The notes below the pieces were generated by a model. It was not told the origin of the DNA. It was given only the letters and a program-made list of their open reading frames with translations, and did no database searches. This document shows positions 38,938 through 51,931 of a stretch of 64,000 bases of DNA, piece after piece. Both the position numbers and the translations under genes were made by a program. Origin of the DNA: Octopus sinensis (Eukaryota); assembly GCF_006345805.1 (NCBI RefSeq), contig NC_043010.1:27466001-27530000 (forward strand). The letters are read 5' to 3'. Numbering within the stretch: position 1 is the stretch's first letter; the number at the start of each line of letters is the position of its first letter.

Positions 38938-41379
38938 CAAGGGTTGAACAGAAAGAACATAGCAAAGAGAAAAATTAGACGAAAGCAGAGCAAGCGGAAA
39001 GCTAGAAGAAAACTTAACAGACGGAATACACACACACACACACACACACAACACACACATACACACACACACACACACACACATACATATATATATATAT
39101 GTATGTATGTATGCGTATATATTTATGTGTGTATATATATGTATATATATATATATATGCATATATGTATACACACATATATATGCAAATAGATTGACAG
39201 ACAGACAGATAGATAATGCGCTTTCACTCTTATTTCATTGTAGTTCTTTTGCAACATCATTTTCCCTTACCACCACCTTTCTCTCACTCTATCAATCTAT
39301 TAATCTCTCTCACTTTCTCTCTATCTCTTTCTCTCTCTCACTCTCGCTCTTTCTCACTCCAAGTTATTCTACTTTTCACTGTTACCTTCGATTCATTCTC
39401 AATTTCTTTTTACTCTGTTTTCCCCTCCTTTTTCCCATCTTCCCTTTTTTTCTTCACTTTATTTTATTCTCCCTCCCTTCCCCACTCTATCTTTCTTCTC
39501 TCTCTCTCTCCCCCCTCCTCTCTCTCTCTCACTCAGTATTTCTTCTCTCACTCTTTCCATTGTATCACTCGTCAACATGGCGATGCGATAAATAACTCTT
39601 TATCAATTTAAATAATTCCCTTTCGGAACATTTTTTTTCTCTGACCAAATAGTGCAACAATAGAATTTTAACACATTTCTTCTTAATTTTATTGATACTG
39701 CGAAAACCACTTCAATCAAACGTCACACGACAGATTCAAGTCATTTTTGTGAGGCAGAAATGTGCGTCTGAAAGCGTCGTCTGCCTCAGTGAAAGGCGGG
39801 AGGATTTGTTGAAGAGCAACGTCTGCTTCGGGAAATTTCTCTCACAAAATGATTTTTGTTGTAATCAATTTGAAGTGGCACAGAAGAAGCGAATAAAATC
39901 ACAAAAATAACAAAATTAAAATGAAAAAAGAATATAAAAAATTGAAAATACAGGGAAAAAAAGAAAAAGAAAAGAAATAGAAAGGGATAGCAAAAGAATG
40001 GATGAAATATTCTGAAGAGAACGGGAGTGGGGTGATGGAAAGAAACAAACAAGGAGGGTAAGGAAACTTGAGGGCGAAGGGATAAGGTAGAGGCTTAAAG
40101 AGATAAAATAGGGGGGGGAGGATGTAAAAAAAATGAAAGAAAAAGACAAGCTGACAGATAAATATATAGGTAGATAGATAGATAGAAAAATTATGAAGGA
40201 AGAAAGTGGAGAAAGAGGTAGAAATGCAGTACAAATAAGGTTTCTTTTTCATTTGGTAGAGGTCGCTATAAGCAGTATTCATAAAAAAAGATACTATTGC
40301 AAGGCTTCGCTTAAAGTATGACGTTTGAGAGAGTGTTCACTGTTGACGAGTGTGAGTGAAGGAGCGAGTATGAATGGCACGAGGAGTTGGTTGTTTACAC
40401 TGCACCTGAGTATATGAATGTGGATACGTGTTTGTGGATATTTGTGAGTGTGAGCGTGTGTGTGTATGTGTGCGTAAGTGTGCGTGTTTGAGAGAGAGAG
40501 AGACAGACAGACAGAGACAAACAAAACAAGCAAACAGATAGACAGAGGGCGAACCTATGTATCTTTATAAACGTACTTAAAAGTGAGAGCCTGTGTTAAA
40601 AAAATATTGAATGAACAATAATTTGTTGTATTTGAACATTGTTATGTGAATGAATTTGTCAGGAAATGACTGATTACTCGGAGCTATATTTTGAGAACCA
40701 TACTTTTTAACGAAAGGTATTCATTCTATCCAATTTAATGGTGCCGATTTCATACCATTTCTTAGAATTTACATGTAACATCAAGTTTTTCAGAAACGCA
40801 TTTTCAAATTTCAGGTTCATAGAACATTCTCACTTTAGCAAAATAAAATTTAAACATGTGAGATATAATATCTTGAATTGCCATTTTAGATGTTTTATAG
40901 AAATATCTAGCCCTTTTCACCTACATTTTGGGTCCAAATTTTATGAAAATTACATGTATTTTTAAAACGTTTACCTGGAAAATATGCCATATTTTATTAC
41001 ATGTACGTAGCCATTACTACATTATTCAGCCATGAGAAGGGAATAATAAAATGCGTCAGATATCACAAAAATGGCATTATGGCGTTTGTAATGGTAAACA
41101 ACACGATATTTTAGGGGGGAAATATATCGCTCTGCCAATAAGTTCCAGCTGTTTCATGATAATCTAACGTCTGAAGGGGTAAAATAACCATATAAACGAA
41201 GTTGGTTCTCAAGTTAACTGTTAAAGGGTGCTGCTTCCAATTCTTGGGATGTTGAACAAAAACGACAGCTGTTTTATATATATATACATTTCTTTTCTGT
41301 CTTTTTCAGAACAAATAATATTCTGCCATCGTATATTCATGCCACTGTCTCTGGTAAGAATTTGTGTTGTGTGATATTC

Positions 41380-41765
41380 TTTTCTACTCTAGGCACAAGG
41401 CCCAGAATTTTGGGGGATGGGGCCAGTCGATTAGATCGACCCCAGTACGCAACTGATACTTAATTTATCGACCCCGAAAGGATGAAAGTAAAAGTCGACA
41501 CCGGCGGAATTTAAACTCAGAACGTAAAGATAGACTAAATACCTATTTCTTTACTACCCACAAGGGGCTAAACACAGAGAGGACAAACAAGGACAGACAA
41601 ATGGATTAAGTCGATTATATCGACCCCAGTGCGTAACTAGTACTTATTTAATCGATCCTGAAAGGATGAAAGGCAAAGTCGACCTCGCCGGAATTTGAAC
41701 TCAGAAGGTAGCGGCAGACGCAATACCGCTAAGCATTTCGCCCGGGGTGCTAACGTTTCTGCCAG
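41380..41765 (-). mobile_element. SINE family A with tandem 184-bp reiteration
   Basis: Equivalent positions at 41533 and 41717. Confidence 0.8.
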
Positions 41766-41799
41766 AGTCTTGTCTATCTGTTAAAACGTTTCCTTCCCG

Positions 41800-43017
41800 A
41801 CCATACGGTTCTACATTCAGTCCCACTGCGTGGCACCTTGGGCAACAGTTTTCTACTATGGCCTGGGGCCAACCAAAACCTAGTGATTGGATTCGGTTGA
41901 GGAAAACTGAAAGAAGCTTGTTGTATGTGTGTGTGTGTGTGTGTGTGTGAGAGAGTTTGTGTCTGTGTGAGTCTGTGTGTATGTGTGCGTGAGTGTGCGC
42001 CTGTGTTTATGTTTGTGCTCCACCACCGCTTGACAACCGGTGTTGGTGTGTTTAAGTCCCGTGACTTAGCGGTTCAGCAAGAGACTTCGATCAAATAAGT
42101 ACCGAGCTTTAAAATAATAAATAAGTACTGGGGTTGATTCGTTCCACTAAAGTTCTTCAAGGAGGTGCCCCAGCATGGTCGGAGTCTAATAATTGAAACA
42201 AGTAAAAGATAAGAAAAATATATTTAATATTCTTGTATTTTCTATGTCGTTCATAGACACGCCGCTGGCCCTTCTGGGTGGTTTATTCTTTTATTCTTTT
42301 ACTTGTTTCAGTCATTTTACTGCTTCCATGCTGGAGCACCGCCTTTAGTCGAGCAAATCGACCCCAGGACTTACTCCTTGTAGGCCTAGTACTTATTCTA
42401 TCGGTCTCTTCTGCCGAACCGTTAAATTACGGGGACGTAAACACACCAACATCGGTTGTCAAGCGATGTTGGGGAGCAAACACAGACACGACGGGCTTCT
42501 TTCAGTTTCCGTCCACCAAGTCCACTGACAAGGTTTTAGTCGGCCCGAGGCTACAGTAGAAGACACTTGCTCAAGGTGCTATGCAGTGGGGCTGAACCCG
42601 GACCCATGTAGTTGGGAAGCAAGCTTCTTACCACACAACTACACTACGCTCATTTTTTTAAAGATCTATGCATTAATTTTCGTATATCGTTTACCTCTTA
42701 CGGCTGTGCTGGAGCACCGCCTCGAAGGGTTTTAGTCGAACAAATCGACGCCAGGACTTTTATTATGTCTGATACTTATTCTATCGGTCTGTTTTGTCGA
42801 ACCGCTAAGTTACAGGGACGTAAACACACCAACACCAGTCGTTAAGCGGTGGAGGGTAGGGGAACACAGACATAAAATCACACACTCATATGCATGTATA
42901 TGATAGGTTTCTTTCAGTTTCCGTCTACCAAATCCACTCACTTGCCTTAGCTCTCATGCAGTGGGACTGAACCCGGAACCTTGTGATTAGGAAGCAAGTT
43001 TCCTACCACACAGCAAC
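41800..43017. mobile_element. Three SINE family B copies (41800-42210 plus; 42295-42640 and 42690-43017 minus)
   Basis: Family B head, central and tail blocks. Confidence 0.75.
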
Positions 43018-43569
43018 GGAGGTAGGTTAGGACAACTGTGTACCGAAGTCCACAACTGCCCTCTTATCTCCAGACAATATGCCTGCCCTTCTTTCCCAAC
43101 CTTCGGAGCGCGAAGTAATCCTAACGACCGCAGGTTCATGAGATGGCTGTGATCTGTAAAGAATTTTGAATTCGTAAAACGGAAGAGAAGAATAAAAACG
43201 CACTGTCAAACAAGTTTATCTGCATGCCATGTTTGACATCACTGTCACACAGCTGAAATTTTCTTGTCTTGGCAATTTTAAATAATTCTTGCTACTTGAG
43301 ATTATCTCCCCTTCTCATTTCGAGCTGATCTCAATTGCCATTTGGTTATTGTGTTACCTACTGTAAATATAGAGGTAGTTTATGTTGTAGGGTGTTTATA
43401 TACCTGTATTTGTCTATTTCGTTCATGTACATGCTTTTGGCAACTTTTGTTATTCTTCTCAGCTCATTTTTGCTTAATCTATCCACAAACACACACACAC
43501 ACACACATACGCACACACACACATACGCACACACACACACACAACACACAGAATACATATATACATACA

Positions 43570-43775
43570 TACACATATACATATATACATATAGGAAGCT
43601 CCGAATGACCCGTCCTTGTTTTTTCCTGTTCTGTTTTTGTATCGTCTAACTGTCCGGATGTTTTGTTGTCGCCTGTTACGTTCTTTGTTCATTTTCTATT
43701 TTATTTCTTCATATAAACATATAGCGGCGTACGTACGCTTTTGGTTTCCTGTATATAAGTACACACACACGCACA

Positions 43776-43847
<72 letters not shown>

Positions 43848-44330
43848 TCCGCCTAGCCTGACCTTTCTTTCTTGGTTCAACTACCATCGTGTAGCATCTC
43901 TTATATTCCTTCCCATGACTTTCATCTCATATGCCGTATGGCTTCACTTCCACACACGCCAGCTTAATTTAATTCGTCCTTTGTAGAAAGCCAACTGTTG
44001 TTAATATCCTGTTGTTTGTATTTCTAATTGTATACCATTTCTGGGGTTTTTTGTCCTTGTTTTCGTATACATTCGCTTGCTTTCTTCAAAGGAGTCTAGT
44101 ACTCTTAGCTTAGATTTTCTTGGGGCCGGCAATACTGGAGCAGTCTCGACTGAAACCGGCCGAAACTGCAAAGATGATCTGGAATTCGATTGAGGATAGG
44201 AAGCTCCGAATGACCCGTCCTTGTCTTTTCCTGTCCTTTTTTGTATCGTCTAACTGTCCGGATGTTTTACTGTCGCCTGTTACGTTCTTGTTCCATTTTT
44301 TGTTTTCTTTTTTATATATACATATATATA
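43570..44330 (+). mobile_element. Partial tandem duplication resembling a Penelope pLTR, with hammerhead remnant
   Basis: ATAGGAAGCTCCGAATGACCCGTCCTTGT...CGCCTGTTACGTTC occurs at ~43570-43700 and ~44196-44320; GGCCGG(44124-29)...CCGGCC-GAAAC(44156-66) precedes the second copy. Confidence 0.55.
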
Positions 44331-44332
44331 CA

Positions 44333-44394
<62 letters not shown>

Positions 44395-44422
44395 AATATT
44401 TCAAATCTATATTTCCGAATGC

Positions 44423-44486
44423 TGTACTGAAGATGAGAAATAAGTAAGTAAATATAACTTTACTTTAATCTCGAAACGCGTATATA
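44423..44486 (+). ncRNA. Type I hammerhead ribozyme motif
   Basis: TGTA-CTGAAGA-T-GAGA..AAGTAAGT(AAATATA)ACTTACTT..TCTC-GAAAC-GCGT-A-TATA: intact core, two-part stem II, ACGCGT palindrome, 4-bp stem I. Confidence 0.7.
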
Positions 44487-44672
44487 TCTAATCTGAGTCG
44501 TGTGGATTCGTTACTTTTTTTTCTTTTTTGCCTACGTAAAAAGTGTGTTACTGTTTAGGAGATCCTTATGGCAGTAGAAATGGCATTTTAACTCCTATTT
44601 CTAAATTCGATGCGTGGCGAAGCAATTAGCAATTAGTTGACCCCCGATTATAATTATGTTTATAATTATAGA

Positions 44673-44750
<78 letters not shown>

Positions 44751-46059
44751 GTTAGATAGATAGATATATTTATATATATGTATATATATATATATACATA
44801 TATAGATAGATAAATAAATAGATAGATAGATAGATAGATAGATGTACACACACATACATATATATATATATAATATATATTATATATATATAGATTAAAT
44901 ATATATATATGTACACATGTACGTTGTGAATATTACATATATATGTATATGTATGTATGCATGCATGCATGTATGTATGTATGTATGTATGTATGTATGT
45001 ATGTATGTATGCATGTATGTATGTATGTATGTATGTATGACGGTAACGTTTTACTTTGATCTTCCCTAACAGCTCGTAATTTGGCAGGGAAATTGCCTAA
45101 ATGGTGGGGGAAGAAAATGTATTTTTATATTTATATCACATCTTGGTGTATGGAAGGAAATAACTGATTTAATAAATAGATCTTCATACATAATTTTCAT
45201 CTTCAAATTTATTATCCAAAACTTTTTCACATTGAATGCTATCCAGGCATTTTTCTTAACAGTTTAAATAAACTCATAAATATCTTATCTCCCATTAATG
45301 TTCTTATCTGAGGACCATTTAACATACATGCCTTGCATTTCTCTTGATTTAGAGTAAAAAAATTTCCACAATCATATTTAAAAGAGTTAGCTATCTTATC
45401 TAAAACTGAAATTGTTACCTCAAAGCGAGATTAACATAAAGTTCTGGGTGCAAAATATCTTTTGTTTAAGTGGGGAGATGTTCCTGGATTTTACTGAGGC
45501 GATGTCCTATGCTTTCCGACATAAAAGTATTTTCTTTCACGTTATTTATTTCTCGGTGAGTGGGTAATTTTTTTCCAGCTTAATTGTTCCATAAACACAG
45601 ATAACAAGGAAACTTAATGTAGCCGCTTTGTTGGACAAGCGGCATACAAATCACTTTCAAATCTCTACAAATCTAATTCTGTTTGAAGTATTTTAGTGTT
45701 TCTTTTTTTTTTTTCAATATCACTTTCACGGTTTTTTAACTTTCTTTAAAATGTACCTAGTGGCCACTATCCCATAATTCAACAAAATACACATTGAACT
45801 GGCCTTTGAGTTGTCAATGAAAAATCGTCATTCGTCTAATTTTTATTGGCATCCCATTACGTTTATCAAATCAGTAAGCATCAGACTGTAACAGTTTTTT
45901 TCATTATGTCGATGAAAATGAATTATTGTTTCCGAAGCATGAGTTTCAATAATTTGTCTGGTATCTTTGGAAGATCAAAATTGCACACTCAGTCATTTAA
46001 TTCAGAACGGTTTAAGGATATAGGTGTTCATGTACCAGAAGGTTGCGTTTTAACCCCTT

Positions 46060-46410
46060 TAATCCGCTCTGAAGTGGTTCGACAGAGTGCCAAACACCGA
46101 CCTGTGGGAAAGGGCCAACCAGGAGCCCATACATGTTCAGATTAGACGAAGGAAATGGAGATGAATCGGACACACACTGCGGAAAGAACCCTCAAATGTG
46201 ACACGACCAGCACTTGACTGGAACCCGCAGGGGAAAAGGAAGCGAGGACGCCCGAGACAGACATGGAAGCGGAACATTTTGGACGAGCTCAGGACCAACG
46301 GTCTGACATGGGAAGCAGCCAAGAAACACGCCAATGACCGCAAAAAGTGGAAAACAACTGTTGAGGCCCTATGCTCCACAAGGGGCAAATGGATTAAGAA
46401 GACTCCGCTC
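46060..46410 (+). mobile_element. 3' end of a second RTE-clade LINE family
   Basis: NTDLWERANQEPIHVQIRRRKWR*IGHTLRK...ALDWNPQGKRKRGRPRQTWKR...WKTTVEALCSTRGKWIKK. Confidence 0.85.
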
Positions 46411-46761
46411 TGATGTGCAGTAATCGTGTTTATCGACGGCTCTTCAGAACAGTGATGTCATATGACCGATGGTTATTTGTCTTATGAGTTACTCATAGAG
46501 CTCTGTCCAGAAATATCAAATATACTCGAGCAACAATCTTCAGGATGGTTTATCGATTCTATCCAGAGTCTATCCAGGAACGCCAAAGCTCGTTTTCTTT
46601 CTTTATCGGTGCTTCATTGCCTCAGATTCAGACACAGAGAAGGTTTCATCGTTTGTCTTTATTACTCAATTTCATTCAAGAAAATCGCGAACTAAAGTTT
46701 ATTAATCTACAACAAGAATATTATTCACAGAGACTTCCAAATTTTGACCTGTAAAACCATT

Positions 46762-46818
46762 GTTGGCAGCCCGACGACGCTGGCTTAACTGGCCGAAACT
46801 TTGAAGTCACTGTCAAAC
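46762..46818 (+). ncRNA. Degenerate type I hammerhead motif
   Basis: TTGGCAGC-CCGACGA-CGCTGG(CTTAA)CTGGCC-GAAAC-TT(TG)AAGT-C-ACTGTCAA: three helices recognisable, GUC triplet, but core U4 changed to C. Confidence 0.6.
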
Positions 46819-47534
46819 ATATTCTTGCATAGGAATAATAAATTTGTACTCTACAAAAGCATAGAGTAACGCATCAGATTAACTAATTAAATTGTTGTTT
46901 TTTATTATAACTGAACATTAAAACAAACATGAACAAAAGTGATAAAGATCTTTGGTTCTAATTAAACAGTTTACCTGTTGTGCGTTAGGAGACGAATATG
47001 TCGTGATCATACAACTTACACAATCACAACTGAGACTAAAGGGAGAGCAAAGTCGATGCAGGGATATCTTCAATTTAATAGCATTTGTTCACTGGAATCT
47101 GTTCAAACAAGAATCATTTCTCAGCTGAAGGAGGCCTTCTCGGTGTTTAACTGCACAAACTGAGGTATGCGTCCCAACTGAGCCAATATTTTTTCTGTGC
47201 ATTTATGTCCACAGCGTCAAAAGTTATCGTTAGAGGTTCGGCCTCAGTTCCATGCACTTCCACTGCAAATGTCTGACGCTAACAATCAAATCTGCCGAAC
47301 ACTTACGACATCCGAATAATTCACGTTGAGACTCGAGGATGATAGAATGTGTCTGAAGCCAATTCAAAATAAAAGCATGTGTGTACGTACATGCATGTAT
47401 GTATGTGGACACAAACACATACATATACACACACGCACGCACGCACACGTGTATAAACATACATATAGGTAAATGTATTTACGATATGTAAGCCAACTTA
47501 TATATATATATATATATATATATGCATATGTATA

Positions 47535-47570
<36 letters not shown>

Positions 47571-47636
47571 TGTATGTATGTATGTATGTATGTATGTATG
47601 TACATATGTATGTATGGATGGATGGATGGATGGATG

Positions 47637-47690
<54 letters not shown>

Positions 47691-48004
47691 CAACCTGTAC
47701 AACCTGTTGCATGGTCGGGCCTTCGGCGACTAAACCGGCAACCCCTTCCAAGTTTGCTTGGTGAGGAGGGTGTTTATTGGACACACTGCGGGATGAAAAA
47801 CAAAACCCGTCAAAGGGCGGAGGAATTCTTGAGAGCCAACGGCCATCCAATAAATGTGTAATTATATATTTACTGTACATCTGCCTTTTTCTCACTAATT
47901 TTTATATATTGTATACTTTTATAGCTTGCTCATTTTGTAAATTTTTATATACTTCACATCATATATTTTATATATATTTTGTATATCAATGTTTTATACA
48001 TATA

Positions 48005-48052
<48 letters not shown>

Positions 48053-48549
48053 ATTTATTTAAATAATGAGGGAGAAAAATTTAATATTAATTTAATTAAT
48101 ATCAATTTAAAACCAGTAGCCTAGCATACAAAAATCTGATTTCTCTGATTATATATATATATATATCTTATGTTTTATTTATTTATTTATTTATTTTTTT
48201 CCTTATATCAATCTTATCCAGCTTAAGGCTGTATCATGCGCGGGGACATAGAAATAATCGGACTGAATACCCGATCGTGCGGTTAGACCACTGGGAGTGA
48301 AGGACTCCTAGCCTTTGTTAGGACATCCTTCTAGAAGAAGGTAACTCCGACATAAAACCTGCGGCTCAGTGGTTACCGATGATGTTGACTTGTTCTTCTT
48401 ATTGCTGCTGTTGCTTAGTGAGTGGAATTGACTCAGTGCACAGCCTTTCCTCACTTTAAAAAAATCTTCTTGCACGGGCATTACACGATAACAACATTGA
48501 GTTAAGCTTCGTGCAATGGCCATACTCGATAACGAGGGGGCAGCCATCA
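47691..48549 (+). repeat. Unclassified ~550 bp element, copy 3, split by a 365-bp AT-rich insertion (47858-48222)
   Basis: CATCCAATAAATGT ends at 47857 and TTAAGGCTGTATCATGCG resumes at 48223; these are contiguous in copy 2. Confidence 0.85.
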
Positions 48550-48679
48550 TATATATATATATATACATATATATACACATATATATACATATATATATAT
48601 ATATATTATATATATATATATATATAATATATATATATATACATACATACATACATACATACATACATACATACATACA

Positions 48680-48715
<36 letters not shown>

Positions 48716-48999
48716 TATATTTGGAGATTCATACCATCTATGTCTTAATGTAAATATAAGCCATATATCTGAATTATGAATTTGCTTGTCTGAATGTTGA
48801 AGACAAATATCTTAAATTTTTATCTTATACCAATTTTTATTAATCTTTAGTTAATATACAAGCGAAAAAACAGTTGCACTATATACTGGAGCTTTATCGC
48901 CGTTAAATTTCTCGTACTATATATATATATATTATATATATATATATTATATATATTATATATATATATATATACATATAAATCCAAAAAACAACAAAC

Positions 49000-49230
49000 A
49001 AAATAAAAACAACGCGAGGACGTGGTATATTAATGTATTTGCAGACGCTCAGGAGAGGAAAGAAAGATGGTTTAACGTTTTGAGCAGACGCTCTTCTTCG
49101 GAAACGGAGGAAAGTCCAAAAGAAGAGAAGGCGGAGGAAGAAAATCGCCAACGATTCACATGTGCTTACATTTTGAAAAATAAAATTCAGTAGGGTATTA
49201 GAATACCACTTGCTATATCGCTCTAAAAGC
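49000..49230 (-). mobile_element. pLTR-like fragment with a decayed hammerhead at 49070-49106
   Basis: Minus strand GTTT-CCGAAGA-AGAGC(GTCT)GCTC-AAAAAC-GT-T-AAAC; two core changes. Confidence 0.4.
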
Positions 49231-49424
49231 ACAAATTAGTCACTATTAAAATACAGACATTGTTTGTATTTTTTACATATACAGGTATAAACTTGCTAGC
49301 CACTTTGTTATCATTAGTATTATTAATAATGGTAATGATACCTAATTTAAATTATATTGTTCTGGCTCACGTTATGTTCGATTTTCAATGTCGCTGGGGC
49401 ACTCAAATGAAAGAACGCACCAAA

Positions 49425-51375
49425 TCCTCCTCCACCTCGGAACTTTCCAGGAAGTCCTTCCTTTCCCATCTCCGCTTCATCCCCCTCGGAACTGTCCTTA
49501 CTGTTTCTCTTCCTCCCATTCCACGGAACATTCCATGAAGTCCCTACCCTCCTCGGATCTTTTCAGGAAGACCTTCCTCCCCTCCTCGGAACTTTCCAGG
49601 AAGTACATCCTATCTTTCCTCCCTTCTTCCACTTCCTCCATTTCTTCGGAACATTCGAAGAAGGCCCTAGTGCCCTCCTCGAAAGTAGTTCCTCCACTTC
49701 CTTCATTTCCTCGCCTTCCTCCTCTCCTCTGAACTTTCCAGGAAGTCCTTTCTACATTCTCCTCTTCATCCTCTTCCCAGGAAATTTCCACAAAGTTCAT
49801 ACACCATACCTTGGAACTTTCCAGGAACCTTTATCTCCTCATCCCCTTCCCTCTCATAAATTTCCGAGAAGCCCCCCTCCTCGGAACTTACCAGGAAACA
49901 TTTATCCCCTCCTTGGAACTTTCGAGGAAGTCCTTCCATCCACTCCTCGGAACGTTACAGGAAATTTCCAGGAAATCGTTCATCTCCCTGCTCCTTTCCT
50001 CGGAAATTTCCAGTAAGTGCCTACTACTCCTCGGTTCTTTCCAGGAAGTCATTCGTCCCGTTACTACACTCCCTCTCCGAAATTTCTAAGAAATCCCCCA
50101 AACCTCGAAATATTCCTGGAAGTTGTTCGTTCTCATCCACTCTTCCTCGAAACTTTCCAAGAAGTCCTTCCTCTCCTTTCCTCGAAATTTCAAGAAATTC
50201 ACCCTCCTCAGAAACTTTCCACGAACTCCTTCCACTATATCCTGGGAACTCTCCAGTAAGTTCCCTTTCCTCGGAACCTTCCAGGAAGTCGTTCAATCCC
50301 CTGGAAGAGGAGGGGGAGTACTTCCTCGAAATTTCCGAGGAGTGCGAAGAGGGTTATTACTTATTGGAAAGTTCCAGGGAGGGAGGATTTCCTGGAAAGT
50401 TCTGAGTAGGGAGGGGGAAGTACTTCTTGGAAGGTTCGATGAAGGGCGGACTTCCTGGAGAGGTCCGAGGAGGAGTGGAAGGGGAGGAGCGGGATGAGTT
50501 ATTGGAAACTTCCGAAGAAGGAGAGGAGGGAAAGTGCTTTCTGGAAAGTTCTGAGGAAATCGAAGGTCGGAGTACTTCCTCGAAAGTACCTGGGAGGAGG
50601 CTTATAATTTCATGTAAGTTTCCAGGAAGTCCCCCCCTACTGGGAATTTTCCAGGAATTACTCTCTCTTTCTCGGAACACTCCACCCTAACCCCTAACCC
50701 TAACCCTCTCCTTGGAACTGTCCAGGAAGTCTTCCCTCTTCTCAGTACTTTCCAGGATGTACTACCAGGTAATCTCGGCCACAACCTCGGAAATTTTTAG
50801 GAAGTACCACCTCCTCGGAATTTTCCAGGAAGTCATTCCCTCCTCCACTTCCTTGGAGCTTTCCAGGAATTCCTACCCCATCCTTGGAACATTCCAGGAA
50901 ATCATAGCCCTCCTCTCTTTCCTTTGAACCTTCCACGAATTACTCCCCCTCTCCACCTTGGAACTTTCCAGGAAGTGCATATCTCTCCTCGGATCTGCCC
51001 TGGAAGTCCTTCCACACCTTCCTCAGTACTTTGCAGGAAGTGCCTACCCCTCCTTGGAGCCTTCCAGGAATTCCTTCCACTCTTACTCGAAAATTTCCAG
51101 GAATTGTCTACCCCTCATAGGAACTTTCCAGGAAATCATTCCTTCCCTTCCCCTTGCCTCTCAGAACTTTCCATGAAGTCACCCTCCTTGGAAGTCCTTC
51201 CTCCCCCTCTTCCCATTCCTGTCCTCCTCAGAACTTTCTAGAATGTAGTTCATCCACTCCTCCCCGGAACTTTCTTGGAAGTCCTTCTTTCCCTCCTCGG
51301 AACTTTCCAGGAATTCCATCCTCCCCCTCCTACCCTTCATACCTTCTTCCCCATCCTACTCTTCCTCCCTTTCCT
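49425..51375. repeat. Degenerate ~30-40 bp tandem array built on CTCGGAACTTTCCAGGAAGTCC, with an inverted block ~50302-50605
   Basis: Motif recurs throughout with C/T-rich spacers; strand asymmetry flips in the central block. Confidence 0.9.
50685..50707. repeat. Short interstitial telomere-like tract (CCCTAA)3
   Basis: CCCTAA C CCCTAA CCCTAA CCCT. Confidence 0.6.
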
Positions 51376-51791
51376 CATGAATTGTTGTTGTGATTCATGC
51401 ATCAGTTGCTGGAAAACTATTTCGTGGTGTATTTTTTTGATTATCATTTGAATTGTTTGCCTTTTATTTCTCGTGTACTACAATTTTCGACCGTTCGACC
51501 ATATATATTCTACATCTTACTATAATGGTAATCATGCGATGATATGTAAATTTGTAACCGAAACCCCACTCTCTCTCTTATGTTCCCAAAATGTATGAAA
51601 TTTGAAATTTGGATAATTTCATTAACTTACCTATTGACCCCAGAAACTTTGAATCCTAAATTGAAGGCTCTGTTAGCTGAGCTATTTCAGATCACTGTGA
51701 AAAGCATTAACACTTAATTAAAATAAGAAAATTAAAATAAGATTATTTTGCTAAAATATATCAAACGTAATACGTTATATATTAAAAAGTA

Positions 51792-51931
51792 CCGAATTTA
51801 CTCGAGAATAAAACGCACTCCTAATTTGATAAAAGTTTTTAGCTTTACCCGGTGTATAATTTGCATCCCACTTTTTTTATTTTCCGTTAAAAACAAATAT
51901 AAAACTACAACTTATATACGAGCAAATACAG
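51792..51931. mobile_element. Small pogo/Tc2-like MITE, 140 bp
   Basis: TA-CCGAATTTACTCGAGAATAA ... TTATATACGAGCAAATACAG-TA imperfect TIRs. Confidence 0.65.
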
